Of a DNA stretch of 64,000 bases, positions 29,182 to 38,104 are shown in pieces (the stretch's first letter is position 1; every line of letters begins with the position of its first letter). The translations under genes were made by a program, and so were the position numbers. A model generated the notes under the pieces. It had not been told where the DNA came from, ran no database searches, and saw only the letters and a program-made list of their open reading frames with translations. This DNA is from a virus. Location: IMG/VR virus record IMGVR_UViG_3300008117_000001; one strand, given 5' to 3'.

Positions 29182-31231
29182 GGGTTCATCAATGTTTACT
29201 TTTCGTTTAAGTGATGATTTTGTGGAAGCGTATAAGAAATTAAAAGCACCATTTGGCTATACGGACGCTGCGGGTAATTCTGTTGGCGAAATTACGTTTC
29301 TAAGAACATATTCAAGAATGAAAGAAGATGGCACAAAAGAAACATGGGTAGATGTATGTGAAAGAGTTATTAATGGGATGTACTCCCTACAAAAGGAGCA
29401 TTGCAAGAAGAATAGACTTCCGTGGAATGACATTAAGGCTCAGTCTTCTGCAAAAGAGGCTTTTGATAGATTGTTCAATTTAAAGTGGACACCGCCAGGT
29501 AGAGGACTATGGGTCATGGGCACACCTATTGTTATGGTACAAAAGAACTCCGCTGCTTTACAGAACTGCGCTTTTGTGAGTACATCAGAAATGACCAAGT
29601 TAAATCCCGCTAAGCCGTTTGGATTTTTGATGGAGGCATCTATGTTGGGCGTTGGCGTGGGATTTGATGATAAGGGCGCAGATAAAGATTTCAACATATA
29701 TGAACCAACCAAATCGATGGTTATTGACACAATTGAGGACTCTCGTGAAGGATGGGTTAATTCTGTAGTTTCCTTGATTAACTCTTATTTAAAGCCAGAT
29801 CAAAACCTTTTGCAGTTTGACTACTCCTTGATTAGACCATCCGGTACTCCAATTAAAACATTTGGTGGTACAGCAGCTGGCCCAGATCCATTGATCAAAC
29901 TGCATAATCATATTAGAAGAATGTTTGATGGAAGAGCTGGACAAAAACTAACTAGAGTAGACATAGCTGACATTGGTAACACCATAGGTGTTTGTGTTGT
30001 ATCCGGTAATGTTCGCAGATCCGCCGAACTTTTAATTGGTCGTTTAGATGATCAAGACTTCCTTAATTTAAAAAATTCTGATAAGTTTCCAGAAAGAAAC
30101 TCTTACTCCGCCGAATCTCCAGGCTGGGGCTGGATGTCAAATAATTCCGTAGAAACATCTGTTGGTACAGATTTGTCTTCAATTGTTGACGGTATATCTA
30201 GAAATGGAGAACCTGGTGTCATATGGATGGACATGTCAAGAAAGTATGGCCGATTGGCTGATCCGCCAAATAATAAAGACCATCGTGTAGCAGGCTATAA
30301 TCCATGCGCAGAGCAGTCCCTAGAGTCCTACGAGTGTTGTACGCTAGTTGAGACATATCTAAATAGACATGACTCCTTAGAAGACTTTAAGAGAACACTG
30401 AAGTTTGCCTATCTGTATGCAAAGACTGTTACCTTGCTCCCAACTCACTGGGAGGAAACAAACGCTATCATGCAAAGAAATCGCAGAATTGGCACATCTG
30501 TTTCGGGTGTCGCTAACTTTGCTGACAGATTAGGTTTGCCAGTACTAAGAGAGTGGCTTGACAATGGGTACCAGACCGTTCAGAGATATGACAATATTTA
30601 TTCAGAATGGCTTGGTATACGTGAATCAATCAAGACCACAACAGTTAAGCCATCTGGCACTGTATCTATTTTAGCTGGCGAATCTCCTGGCGTACACTGG
30701 ACTCCTGGTGGCAAATACTTTTTGAGAGCAATAAGATTTGCAAATGACGACCCCATGCTTCCACTGTTCCAAATGGCTAATTATAGAGTGGAACCTGCAT
30801 CTGAGTCTCCAGATACTACTTCTGTTGTATTCTTCCCTATCAAGTCTGATGCACGTAGATCAGAAAAAGATGTAACAATATTTGAAAAAATGTCTTTGGC
30901 TGCAACAGCACAAAGATATTGGTCGGATAACTCTGTTTCTGTAACTATATCTTTTGACTCTGAGGAAGAAAAGCATCATGTGGGTACCGTTTTGCATATG
31001 TATGACGGTCAGCTCAAAACCGTATCATTCTTGCCTCAAGGCAACTTTGTATATCCACAAATGCCATATACTCAAATAGAGCAAAATGACTATGATGAGT
31101 CATCAAAAAATCTATTACCAATTGATTTAGATGGAATTTATGCTGGACTTGCAGCAGATGCGATAGGCGAACAGTATTGTACAACAGATTCTTGCGAGAT
31201 TAAATTTATAAAAGATAACGCAAAGGTGTAA
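29174..31231 (+). CDS. nrdJ: Class II (adenosylcobalamin-dependent) ribonucleotide reductase, monomeric RTPR type
   Basis: WTPPGRGLW, NCAFV, GVGVGFD, VVSGNVRRSAE, GYNPCAEQSLESYECCTLVE, TTVKPSGTVS and C-terminal YCTTDSC; no intein-sized insertion. Confidence 0.93.
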   Translation: MSEGSSMFTFRLSDDFVEAYKKLKAPFGYTDAAGNSVGEITFLRTYSRMKEDGTKETWVDVCERVINGMYSLQKEHCKKNRLPWNDIKAQSSAKEAFDRLFNLKWTPPGRGLWVMGTPIVMVQKNSAALQNCAFVSTSEMTKLNPAKPFGFLMEASMLGVGVGFDDKGADKDFNIYEPTKSMVIDTIEDSREGWVNSVVSLINSYLKPDQNLLQFDYSLIRPSGTPIKTFGGTAAGPDPLIKLHNHIRRMFDGRAGQKLTRVDIADIGNTIGVCVVSGNVRRSAELLIGRLDDQDFLNLKNSDKFPERNSYSAESPGWGWMSNNSVETSVGTDLSSIVDGISRNGEPGVIWMDMSRKYGRLADPPNNKDHRVAGYNPCAEQSLESYECCTLVETYLNRHDSLEDFKRTLKFAYLYAKTVTLLPTHWEETNAIMQRNRRIGTSVSGVANFADRLGLPVLREWLDNGYQTVQRYDNIYSEWLGIRESIKTTTVKPSGTVSILAGESPGVHWTPGGKYFLRAIRFANDDPMLPLFQMANYRVEPASESPDTTSVVFFPIKSDARRSEKDVTIFEKMSLAATAQRYWSDNSVSVTISFDSEEEKHHVGTVLHMYDGQLKTVSFLPQGNFVYPQMPYTQIEQNDYDESSKNLLPIDLDGIYAGLAADAIGEQYCTTDSCEIKFIKDNAKV

Positions 31232-31232
31232 C

Positions 31233-31580
31233 ATGTCAGAAGATCCTGATTTTGAAAAAAAGTTTTCTGAAATAATTAATTCAGAAGAGTTAAAAGATTT
31301 TTCAGAAACATATTCTAAAGATAGCCCACTAACTGTCAAGGATTTGCTTTTAATGCAGAGATCTTTAATCGATGCCTTAAGCAATATTGCTGAAATAATT
31401 GAAGACTTAAACAATGGTGAGCTAGATTTTGCACAGCCTGGTAGTGAAGAGTTTGAAAAATTGGGTTTGTTGTATAGAATGTCTGAAGACTTTAATGATT
31501 CTATAAGTGAAAATTTTGTTATTTTTACAATCGAAGATGATGAAGATGATGATGAGGATTTTGAAAATGGAGAAAACTAA
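31233..31580 (+). CDS. Acidic hypothetical protein
   Basis: 115 aa with a D/E-rich tail, tightly packed. Confidence 0.55.
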   Translation: MSEDPDFEKKFSEIINSEELKDFSETYSKDSPLTVKDLLLMQRSLIDALSNIAEIIEDLNNGELDFAQPGSEEFEKLGLLYRMSEDFNDSISENFVIFTIEDDEDDDEDFENGEN

Positions 31581-32268
31581 TAATTTGATTGAAGTACTAG
31601 ACAAGGGTTATGTTAGACTTGTCGACGTTATGGGCTCAGACCTTTCAATAGTTAATGCCGCTAGAGCATCGTTTGCGAAAGAATCAACAGAAATGTCGGT
31701 ATCTGATGCACGACTGCTGCATTTCCTTGCTAGAGAAAATCACATGTCACCCTTTAGACATGCGTTTGCAACGTTTGAATTCAAGGCTCCCTTAATGGTT
31801 GCTCGTCAGCACTGGAAGTATGTTGTGGGATCTGATCACACAATGGATTCGTGGAATGAGTCAAGTAGACGTTATATCACTATGGATCCAGAATTTCATA
31901 TTCCCTCAAAGGATGACTGGAGATTGGCCCCAGACAATAAAAAGCAGGGGTCCGGTGGCCCAGTTGATCCTTGGACTGGAGCAATTCTGTCTCAGCAACT
32001 ACTGGATTATATAGAGCAAGGAGAAGCTCATTATGTTATGGCTATAAACTCAGGAGTGGCGCCAGAGCAGGCTAGACTTTTCCTCCCTGCGTATGGCATG
32101 TATGTCATATATAGATGGTCATGTAGTCTTCAGTCAATAGCATTGTTTCTTTCTCAAAGACTAGCCGAAGACTCGCAAAAAGAAATACAATTATACGCTG
32201 CGGCGGTTAGGGATTTAGTTATAGATAAGTTTCCTGTTTCAATACCACTACTTGTTGGCGAGTTATGA
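31567..32268 (+). CDS. thyX: Flavin-dependent thymidylate synthase
   Basis: VLDKGYVRLVD.MGSDLSIVNAARASF, HMSPFRHA..TFEFKAPLMVARQ, WNESSRRY, GVAPEQARLFLP and SQKEIQLYA. Start taken as the ATG at 31567. Confidence 0.9.
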   Translation: MEKTNNLIEVLDKGYVRLVDVMGSDLSIVNAARASFAKESTEMSVSDARLLHFLARENHMSPFRHAFATFEFKAPLMVARQHWKYVVGSDHTMDSWNESSRRYITMDPEFHIPSKDDWRLAPDNKKQGSGGPVDPWTGAILSQQLLDYIEQGEAHYVMAINSGVAPEQARLFLPAYGMYVIYRWSCSLQSIALFLSQRLAEDSQKEIQLYAAAVRDLVIDKFPVSIPLLVGEL

Positions 32269-32438
32269 TAGCTGTAGAAATATTAAAGTTGTTAATATTT
32301 TCTTTTCTACTTAATTGGTGTATATCATTACAGATATTCCAACAATCATTAGATGGATCTAGAAGAAAAGAGAAAATTGTAGCGGTAGTTCTTGGTATTA
32401 TTGCGGGCGCTATTGCTGGTGGGTTATTAGTATGGTAG
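32265..32438 (+). CDS. Small two-TM membrane protein (57 aa, not in ORF track)
   Basis: MIAVEILKLLIFSFLLNWCISL...KIVAVVLGIIAGAIAGGLLVW; ATGA overlap with thyX fills the gap exactly. Confidence 0.55.
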   Translation: MIAVEILKLLIFSFLLNWCISLQIFQQSLDGSRRKEKIVAVVLGIIAGAIAGGLLVW

Positions 32439-32902
32439 TTGATTTCGTATCAAGAAAAGATTTTCAGTACATGAATTTATGTATAGAAATATCTAAAATA
32501 TTTTCTACATGCGCTAAAAGAAAATACTCTGCAATACTAGTCGATGACCTTGGTCATGTTGTTGGTATGGGCTATAATGGTGGGGCCAGTGGCCTTAAGC
32601 ACTGTGAAGATGGCGGGTGCCCAAGATATTTAGAGAATTCACCAAATGGTTCAATATATGATAATTGCATAGCTGTGCACGCAGAAGCTAACGCCCTTCT
32701 TCATTCAGATTATTCTGCAAGACCGAAAAAGATGTATGTCAATGGACCGCCATGCTTCTCTTGTGCAAAGCTAATTGCAAATTCAACAGTTGAAACTGTA
32801 TACTATATTTCCGATACCTCGTACAGCAATTGGTGTGAGGTTAGGGAGTTTTTGAAAAAATGCTCAGTAAAAACTATAGAGGTAAAAAGTGCCAGCAGCT
32901 AA
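32432..32902 (+). CDS. dCMP deaminase
   Basis: STCAKRKYSAIL, MGYNG, HAEANAL and PCFSCAKLI Zn-deaminase motifs. Confidence 0.9.
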   Translation: MVVDFVSRKDFQYMNLCIEISKIFSTCAKRKYSAILVDDLGHVVGMGYNGGASGLKHCEDGGCPRYLENSPNGSIYDNCIAVHAEANALLHSDYSARPKKMYVNGPPCFSCAKLIANSTVETVYYISDTSYSNWCEVREFLKKCSVKTIEVKSASS

Positions 32903-33095
32903 GCTAAACTATATTTTAGTCTACAAAGATCACAGCCAAGTATACGGTTGTTCTTCAAAAAAAATTGCAATAGAAAGTCCACCACCAGAGGGTTATTCTG
33001 TAGATGATAAAAATGTTTTCTTTATTACATTTGAACCAGATACAGATAGCATAAGTATACATAAAGTAAATAACCAGGAAGAAAGTAATGAGTAA
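32889..33095 (+). CDS. Hypothetical protein
   Basis: GTG-start ORF overlapping neighbours, GAGG RBS. Confidence 0.5.
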   Translation: MPAAKLNYILVYKDHSQVYGCSSKKIAIESPPPEGYSVDDKNVFFITFEPDTDSISIHKVNNQEESNE

Positions 33096-33321
33096 GAAAC
33101 AATCATATAAGAAAAAAATTAGTCTGAAATTAAATGTGGACGAAACAGCCATTGTTATTCCATATGATGTGGCTTTGCATATAGCAGAGACCTACGATTT
33201 TGTTTCCATGGAAACAGAAGAAGAGCACGTGCAATACTACAAAGATGTTGCAGACTTGGTTAGGGCACAGGCAAGTGAGAATCGCCACGAGTTTCAAGAT
33301 GATGAATATGAAGAATGGTGA
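33088..33321 (+). CDS. Hypothetical protein
   Basis: 77-aa ORF overlapping neighbours. Confidence 0.5.
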   Translation: MSKKQSYKKKISLKLNVDETAIVIPYDVALHIAETYDFVSMETEEEHVQYYKDVADLVRAQASENRHEFQDDEYEEW

Positions 33322-33571
33322 AAAGTTAACTTTTTTGTTGGTAATGTTTGCTATTGGCTCCGTCATTGGCAAGTCTCATTCTAGAAAAAAGCTCATAGAA
33401 AAAATTAATGAACCAAATATTGGGCAATATCTAAATAGATTAATTGAATTTTACGATTCAAATACAATAGATATAGTTGAGGATGAGTTCCTTAATTTAG
33501 TCGATTTTGGTATGAGTCCCAAAAACGCCTTCAGTGCAATCACAAATATTGAAAGAGTAAACAATGATTGA
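33302..33571 (+). CDS. Hypothetical protein with N-terminal TM segment (start approximate)
   Basis: LTFLLVMFAIGSVIG hydrophobic stretch; fills the gap before the GT2 gene. Confidence 0.5.
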   Translation: MNMKNGEKLTFLLVMFAIGSVIGKSHSRKKLIEKINEPNIGQYLNRLIEFYDSNTIDIVEDEFLNLVDFGMSPKNAFSAITNIERVNND

Positions 33572-34355
33572 TTTATGTGTAGTTAACTATAATACAAGAC
33601 CATTATTGAATAGGTTTTTAGACTGCCTTCATAATGATCTTCATAACCATCCTAGAGTTTGGAATCTTTACATTGCAGATAATGATTCTACGGACGATAG
33701 TGTAGACTGGCTAAAGTATAATTATCAAAGATATAGAATTAGGAAATTCTATCAAAACTATAATATTGGTTACTCCGCCGCATGCAATCAGTTAGCAGCT
33801 GAGGGTTCATCTGACATTATCTGCTTACTGAACGCTGACGTATGGATGGATAATGAAAACTTGGTTAAAGTAGCAAATATTTTTGATGAGAATCCAGATA
33901 TTCATATTCTAGGTCCTAAACAGAGAGACGAAAACGGTCTCATCACGCATGCCGGTATTATTGGCACCAATACGGCACCAAAGCATCGTGGCTGGCGTCA
34001 AAGCGATTTTAATGATGAATTATATAGAGATAGAATTAATTGCGTTACAGTATCTGGATCTGCATATTTTATTCGTCGTGAAGTATGGAATGCACTGACA
34101 AATCATCCAAAGTATCGAGAAATGTATCCTGATGCAACTGGCGCATTCCTTCCTACACCGCATTATTATGAAGAAACCTGGTGCTCTTACTTTGCTAGAC
34201 ATCTAGGTTATAACGTAGTCTATGATGGAAGCGTTTCTATTGGTCATAGCTGGCACAAATCATCTGCCGTAGGCGGAGAGGCTGATTCCAAATTCAAAGA
34301 AAGTCAATCAATATTTCGTAAAGCTTGCGACTATATGGGAATAGAAAGAGATTAA
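33564..34355 (+). CDS. GT2 glycosyltransferase (WbbL/rhamnosyltransferase-like)
   Basis: DLCVVNYNT, IADNDSTDDS, NIGYSAACN, LLNADV (DxD equivalent), VSGSAYFIRREVW and YYEET. Confidence 0.85.
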   Translation: MIDLCVVNYNTRPLLNRFLDCLHNDLHNHPRVWNLYIADNDSTDDSVDWLKYNYQRYRIRKFYQNYNIGYSAACNQLAAEGSSDIICLLNADVWMDNENLVKVANIFDENPDIHILGPKQRDENGLITHAGIIGTNTAPKHRGWRQSDFNDELYRDRINCVTVSGSAYFIRREVWNALTNHPKYREMYPDATGAFLPTPHYYEETWCSYFARHLGYNVVYDGSVSIGHSWHKSSAVGGEADSKFKESQSIFRKACDYMGIERD

Positions 34356-34356
34356 T

Positions 34357-35244
34357 TTGCCACTAAAGACATATGGCTCATTATTTTCTGGTGTTGGTGG
34401 TATAGATTTAGGGTTAGATTCCGCTAAATTAGAGTGTGCATTTCAGGTTGAAATAGATGAAAACTGTCAACAAACTCTAAAATATCATTGGCCTCATGTT
34501 GCACTTTATGGAGACATAAAAAATATTAAAGGCTATGAATTGCCATTCGTTGATCTAATTGCCTTCGGTTCGCCATGTCAAGATCTATCTACTGCGGGAG
34601 GGAAAAGCGGTCTGCTTGGCAGTAAGTCAGTCTTATTCTATGAAGCTGTTAGGGTAATAAAAGAAATGAGAGAAAAATCAAATGGAGAATATCCAAAATG
34701 GACAATCTGGGAAAATGTCACAGGATCCCTGTCATCTAACTCAGGCTCAGATTTCAAGCAAGTTCTCTGGCAAATGGATGAAGCAGGGGCGCTTTTCAGC
34801 GAATGGGCAGTTTTGGATGCTAGATACTTTGGAGTGCCCCAGCGACGTAGAAGAATCTATTTGCTCTCTGTCTTTGATCCTGCAATCGCGGGAAGATGTC
34901 CTGATAAAATATTACCTATCAAAGAAAGCAGCTCAGGGAATCTTGCGAAGAATACTAAGGGAAAACAAGACGATGCCACAGAACTTGCTAGCTGCCTTAG
35001 AAGCGGTGGCCAAGGAGGAATCCCCTCAAGTAGAGGGGAAAATCTAGTATTAGAGGAGTCCTTACAAAAAGTACGTAGATTAACACCTCTTGAGTGCGAA
35101 AGACTTATGGGCTGGAACGATAACCATACAATTTATAGAGCGGACGGAAAAGAGAATTCAGATAACGCAAGATATAAAATGTGTGGCAACGGTGCAGTTA
35201 GCCCAGTTATAAAATGGATAGCAGAAAAAATAATTAACATATAA
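34357..35244 (+). CDS. DNA (cytosine-5)-methyltransferase
   Basis: SLFSGVGGIDLG (I), GSPCQDLS (IV), WENV (VI), PQRRRRIY (VIII), RRLTPLECERLMG (IX) and YKMCGNG (X). Confidence 0.92.
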   Translation: MPLKTYGSLFSGVGGIDLGLDSAKLECAFQVEIDENCQQTLKYHWPHVALYGDIKNIKGYELPFVDLIAFGSPCQDLSTAGGKSGLLGSKSVLFYEAVRVIKEMREKSNGEYPKWTIWENVTGSLSSNSGSDFKQVLWQMDEAGALFSEWAVLDARYFGVPQRRRRIYLLSVFDPAIAGRCPDKILPIKESSSGNLAKNTKGKQDDATELASCLRSGGQGGIPSSRGENLVLEESLQKVRRLTPLECERLMGWNDNHTIYRADGKENSDNARYKMCGNGAVSPVIKWIAEKIINI

Positions 35245-35257
35245 AAAAGGAATTGAT

Positions 35258-35656
35258 ATGAAAGATAAATTAAACCCCTGGATTTACAATGCAGAGGTCA
35301 AGAAGACAATTGATGGTGATACCTTCGATATTGTTATTGATCTTGGTTTTGATGTTTTGAAGAAAGGTAGAGTTCGCCTTTATGGAGTTAATACTCCAGA
35401 GAGTCGCACTTCCAATATTGAAGAAAAGAAAATGGGCTTAGCCGCAAAAGAATTTACTGATCAATGGTTGACAGCTGCAAATCATAAGGTTAAGATAGAA
35501 ACTATCATTGACAAGAACGAAAAGTATGGAAGAGTTCTAGCAAAAGTATGGAATGAAGCCGGAGAGTGTCTCAATGATGCTATAATAGCTTCTGGTCTAG
35601 CCAGAGAATACTTTGGTGTAGGCGACAAAACATTTACTGAATTCAAAAAGGATTAA
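35258..35656 (+). CDS. Thermonuclease (SNase-like) nuclease
   Basis: IDGDTFDIVIDLGF...RVRLYGVNTPE...EKYGRVLA...LNDAIIASGLA. Confidence 0.88.
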   Translation: MKDKLNPWIYNAEVKKTIDGDTFDIVIDLGFDVLKKGRVRLYGVNTPESRTSNIEEKKMGLAAKEFTDQWLTAANHKVKIETIIDKNEKYGRVLAKVWNEAGECLNDAIIASGLAREYFGVGDKTFTEFKKD

Positions 35657-35657
35657 A

Positions 35658-36077
35658 GTGCAAACATTCTTACCTTATGCTGATTTCCAAAAGTCAGTAG
35701 AAGTATTAGACTACCGTAGATTGGGGAAACAACGTGTTGAGACATTTCAAGTTCTTAATATTTTACTTGAGAGAACGCCTACGAAAGGTTGGCGAAATCA
35801 TCCAGTCACGTTAATGTGGACTGGCTATGAGTCTGCCTTGAAGTTGTATCAAAATATAACTATTAGAGAGTGGATTCGCAGAGGGTATAATAATAACATG
35901 TCTTATGAAGAGATAGATCCAGGCACTGTGGTTATGCCAGTTTGGTTTGGCGATGAACAGTTCCACAGATCACACAGATCAAATCTCCTTCGAAAAGATT
36001 TCAAATATTATTCACAATACTTTGATGAACCAAATGATCTAGAATATTACTGGCCAGGAGCAACGTATGCCGCTTAA
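35658..36077 (+). CDS. Pyrimidine-dimer DNA glycosylase / endonuclease V-like protein
   Basis: MQTFLPY.DF...LDYRRLGKQRVE..Q...GWRNHP..LMW.GYE.AL..Y...W..RG...HRSHRSNLLRKD. Confidence 0.85.
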   Translation: MQTFLPYADFQKSVEVLDYRRLGKQRVETFQVLNILLERTPTKGWRNHPVTLMWTGYESALKLYQNITIREWIRRGYNNNMSYEEIDPGTVVMPVWFGDEQFHRSHRSNLLRKDFKYYSQYFDEPNDLEYYWPGATYAA

Positions 36078-36471
36078 AATATTTTTGTCTGGAGCCATAG
36101 AAGGCGTAGAAGAGTATGGTCGTAGTTGGAGAAAATCTGCTACTGAAAAGCTTCATCTTTTTGGCTATGATGTATTAGACCCCACTTTAATTTTTGATAA
36201 AGAATATGAAACTCCAGAAGAAATTGTTGAAAAAAATTTGTTTCTACAACGTAGAGCAGATATAATACTTGTCGAATATATGATAAAAGATCGCCCATAT
36301 ATAGGAACTGATTTTGAGTTAGCTTGGGCTAAATTCAATAATCAGCCAGCAGTAGTTTTCTGCTGTGACGCAAATAAAGATAGGGTTTATTTGAAATATA
36401 TGGCCACAAAGCTTGCACTATCAATGCAAGATGCGATAGAATATATCGCAGTCAATTATCCATCAAATTAA
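36067..36471 (+). CDS. Nucleoside 2-deoxyribosyltransferase / nucleotide N-glycosidase-like protein
   Basis: KIFLSGAI, YDVLDP, ADIILV and GTDFELAWA. Confidence 0.7.
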   Translation: MPLKIFLSGAIEGVEEYGRSWRKSATEKLHLFGYDVLDPTLIFDKEYETPEEIVEKNLFLQRRADIILVEYMIKDRPYIGTDFELAWAKFNNQPAVVFCCDANKDRVYLKYMATKLALSMQDAIEYIAVNYPSN

Positions 36472-36485
36472 CGAAAGGTAATACA

Positions 36486-36680
36486 ATGTCAGATAATAAG
36501 TTGAAGTATTTCACAGTAACAGCAACCTCAATCGTCAAGGCTAATAATAAGACCGAGGCGGAAAAGCTTGCAATGTCGACTGGTCGTCGTCCAGTTGGAG
36601 TTGCTGGAGAGGTAATCTTCAAGGACGTTGAGATCGAGCGCATTTCGGCTGTTGAGGCCCACGATCAGCTCGTCGGCTGA
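36486..36680 (+). CDS. Small hypothetical protein with host-like (GC-richer) codon usage
   Basis: GAAAGG RBS; codons such as ATC, GAC, GAG, CGC and GTC contrast with AT-rich neighbours; strong hairpin downstream. Confidence 0.7.
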   Translation: MSDNKLKYFTVTATSIVKANNKTEAEKLAMSTGRRPVGVAGEVIFKDVEIERISAVEAHDQLVG

Positions 36681-36706
36681 GTAGTTCAGCAAACGTATTT
36701 GTTTAT

Positions 36707-36741
36707 GCTTGAGGGGGAGAGATCCCCCTCAAGCTACTTTT
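36707..36741 (+). terminator. Intrinsic terminator
   Basis: GCTTGAGGGGGA-gaga-TCCCCCTCAAGC perfect 12-bp stem, GNRA loop, followed by TACTTTT. Confidence 0.8.
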
Positions 36742-36757
36742 AAAGATTGGATATTTT

Positions 36758-37450
36758 ATGATAATAGCTCAAATGATAGGCAAAAATGAATCTGATAGAT
36801 TCTTAGAAAACGTTCTAGAAAGACTGTCTTCACAGGTTGATAAAATTATTTTTACTGATGACTGTTCCGATGACAACACTCCGGAAATAGCATCAAAGTA
36901 TGCCGAGGTGTTTCAGAGTCCAGAGCCCTTATTCCGAGTACATGAGGGTAAGCTCAGAGCATTTGCTTGGTCAAATTTGGAAAAGTTTGCTTCTGTTGGC
37001 GACTGGATTGTTGCTATAGATTGCGACGAAATGTTATATCACGTAAATGATTTACCTATAAGAGATGTATTGGCTCAATCGCCAAATGATATTGTCAATG
37101 TTAGATTTTATCATATGTGGAACGAATCTCAGTATAGAGTAGACAAATTGTGGGCGCCTAATAATAGCTCAAGAATTTTTAGATTCCTTCCTAACGGCGG
37201 CTTTGCCGACAGACAGCTTGCTTGCGGATCGGAACCAACGTATGTCGTTGACTGGGTTCGACAAAGAAACTGGTGGCTAAACTCAGGTTTAGTTATGCAG
37301 CACTTGGGATACATAAAGGATTCAGACAAGAAAGATAAGTATTCAAGATATTCAGAAATAGATGGTGGCAAATATCATAACGGAGATCACATCAACTCAA
37401 TATTGGACGAAAGCCCAGTCTTAATTGACTGGGGTACGTTTGGAATTTAA
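36758..37450 (+). CDS. GT2 glycosyltransferase
   Basis: MIGKNESDRFLENVL...IIFTDDCSDDNT...WIVAIDCDEML...HLGY. Confidence 0.82.
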   Translation: MIIAQMIGKNESDRFLENVLERLSSQVDKIIFTDDCSDDNTPEIASKYAEVFQSPEPLFRVHEGKLRAFAWSNLEKFASVGDWIVAIDCDEMLYHVNDLPIRDVLAQSPNDIVNVRFYHMWNESQYRVDKLWAPNNSSRIFRFLPNGGFADRQLACGSEPTYVVDWVRQRNWWLNSGLVMQHLGYIKDSDKKDKYSRYSEIDGGKYHNGDHINSILDESPVLIDWGTFGI

Positions 37451-37462
37451 TTAGGAGAAAAA

Positions 37463-38104
37463 ATGACTTGTCTAAATCCAGCTGAATCAATAACTAATCT
37501 AACTTTAGCGTTAGAAAAACACAAAAAGTTTTCTTATATTAATGTAACTAAGTCTGCAATTATTGCACTTAGTAAGAATTCTGATAACTCTTTTCCATCT
37601 CATTTTGCAAAAAGCGTCATAGCTTCATTGAAGAACAACGATCCGATGATGATGAAGGCTATATCTCACTCGTTAGTTTCTGATATAGAAGATGGAAAGC
37701 ATTATAAGATAGGCCTACATAAGAATGGTACATATTACTATTCAAATATTTTTGAATATTATTATATGAACAATAAAGATGTTTATAATTCAACCGTGAA
37801 TTATTACATAAAAAACTCACCAAGTGTTGTAATCACTTTCCATGATAAAAAGCTAATACAAAAACATTTTGGCAATAGTGCCCACATAATCAACGTTGCA
37901 TATACAAACTATTACGAAAAGCTAGATAACATATATGCCCAGTTGACAGAGTTTGAAGGCGGAGTAGATTACTGCATCATGGATTGCGGAGTGCTTGGTT
38001 TGGCGCTTGCTTCCAAAATTTGGGATAATCTAAATATGTCAATATTAGATTTTGGCAAAACATTAAGTTTGAGCAAGACTCCTCAAACAGTAAGTGTGGC
38101 ATGA
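37463..38104 (+). CDS. Possible GT-D-fold glycosyltransferase-like protein
   Basis: C-terminal DYCIMDCGVLGLALASKIW...SILDFG resembles the GT-D/DUF1792-like C-terminus; adjacent to a GT2 gene. Confidence 0.45.
   Translation: MTCLNPAESITNLTLALEKHKKFSYINVTKSAIIALSKNSDNSFPSHFAKSVIASLKNNDPMMMKAISHSLVSDIEDGKHYKIGLHKNGTYYYSNIFEYYYMNNKDVYNSTVNYYIKNSPSVVITFHDKKLIQKHFGNSAHIINVAYTNYYEKLDNIYAQLTEFEGGVDYCIMDCGVLGLALASKIWDNLNMSILDFGKTLSLSKTPQTVSVA

Noticed and set aside
34682-35047. Alternate-frame + strand ORFs nested in real genes (e.g. 1942, 20219, 28553, 31799, 34682, 48000, 57501, 60075, 63115, 63607)
   Set aside because: They are fully nested in better-supported CDSs and have no independent signals.
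33564-35244. A T4-like glucosyl-hydroxymethylcytosine DNA hypermodification pathway
   Set aside because: No dCMP hydroxymethylase or TET/JBP oxygenase is visible, and the GT resembles WbbL-type GT2 rather than T4 alpha/beta-glucosyltransferases. It is kept only as a weak alternative.
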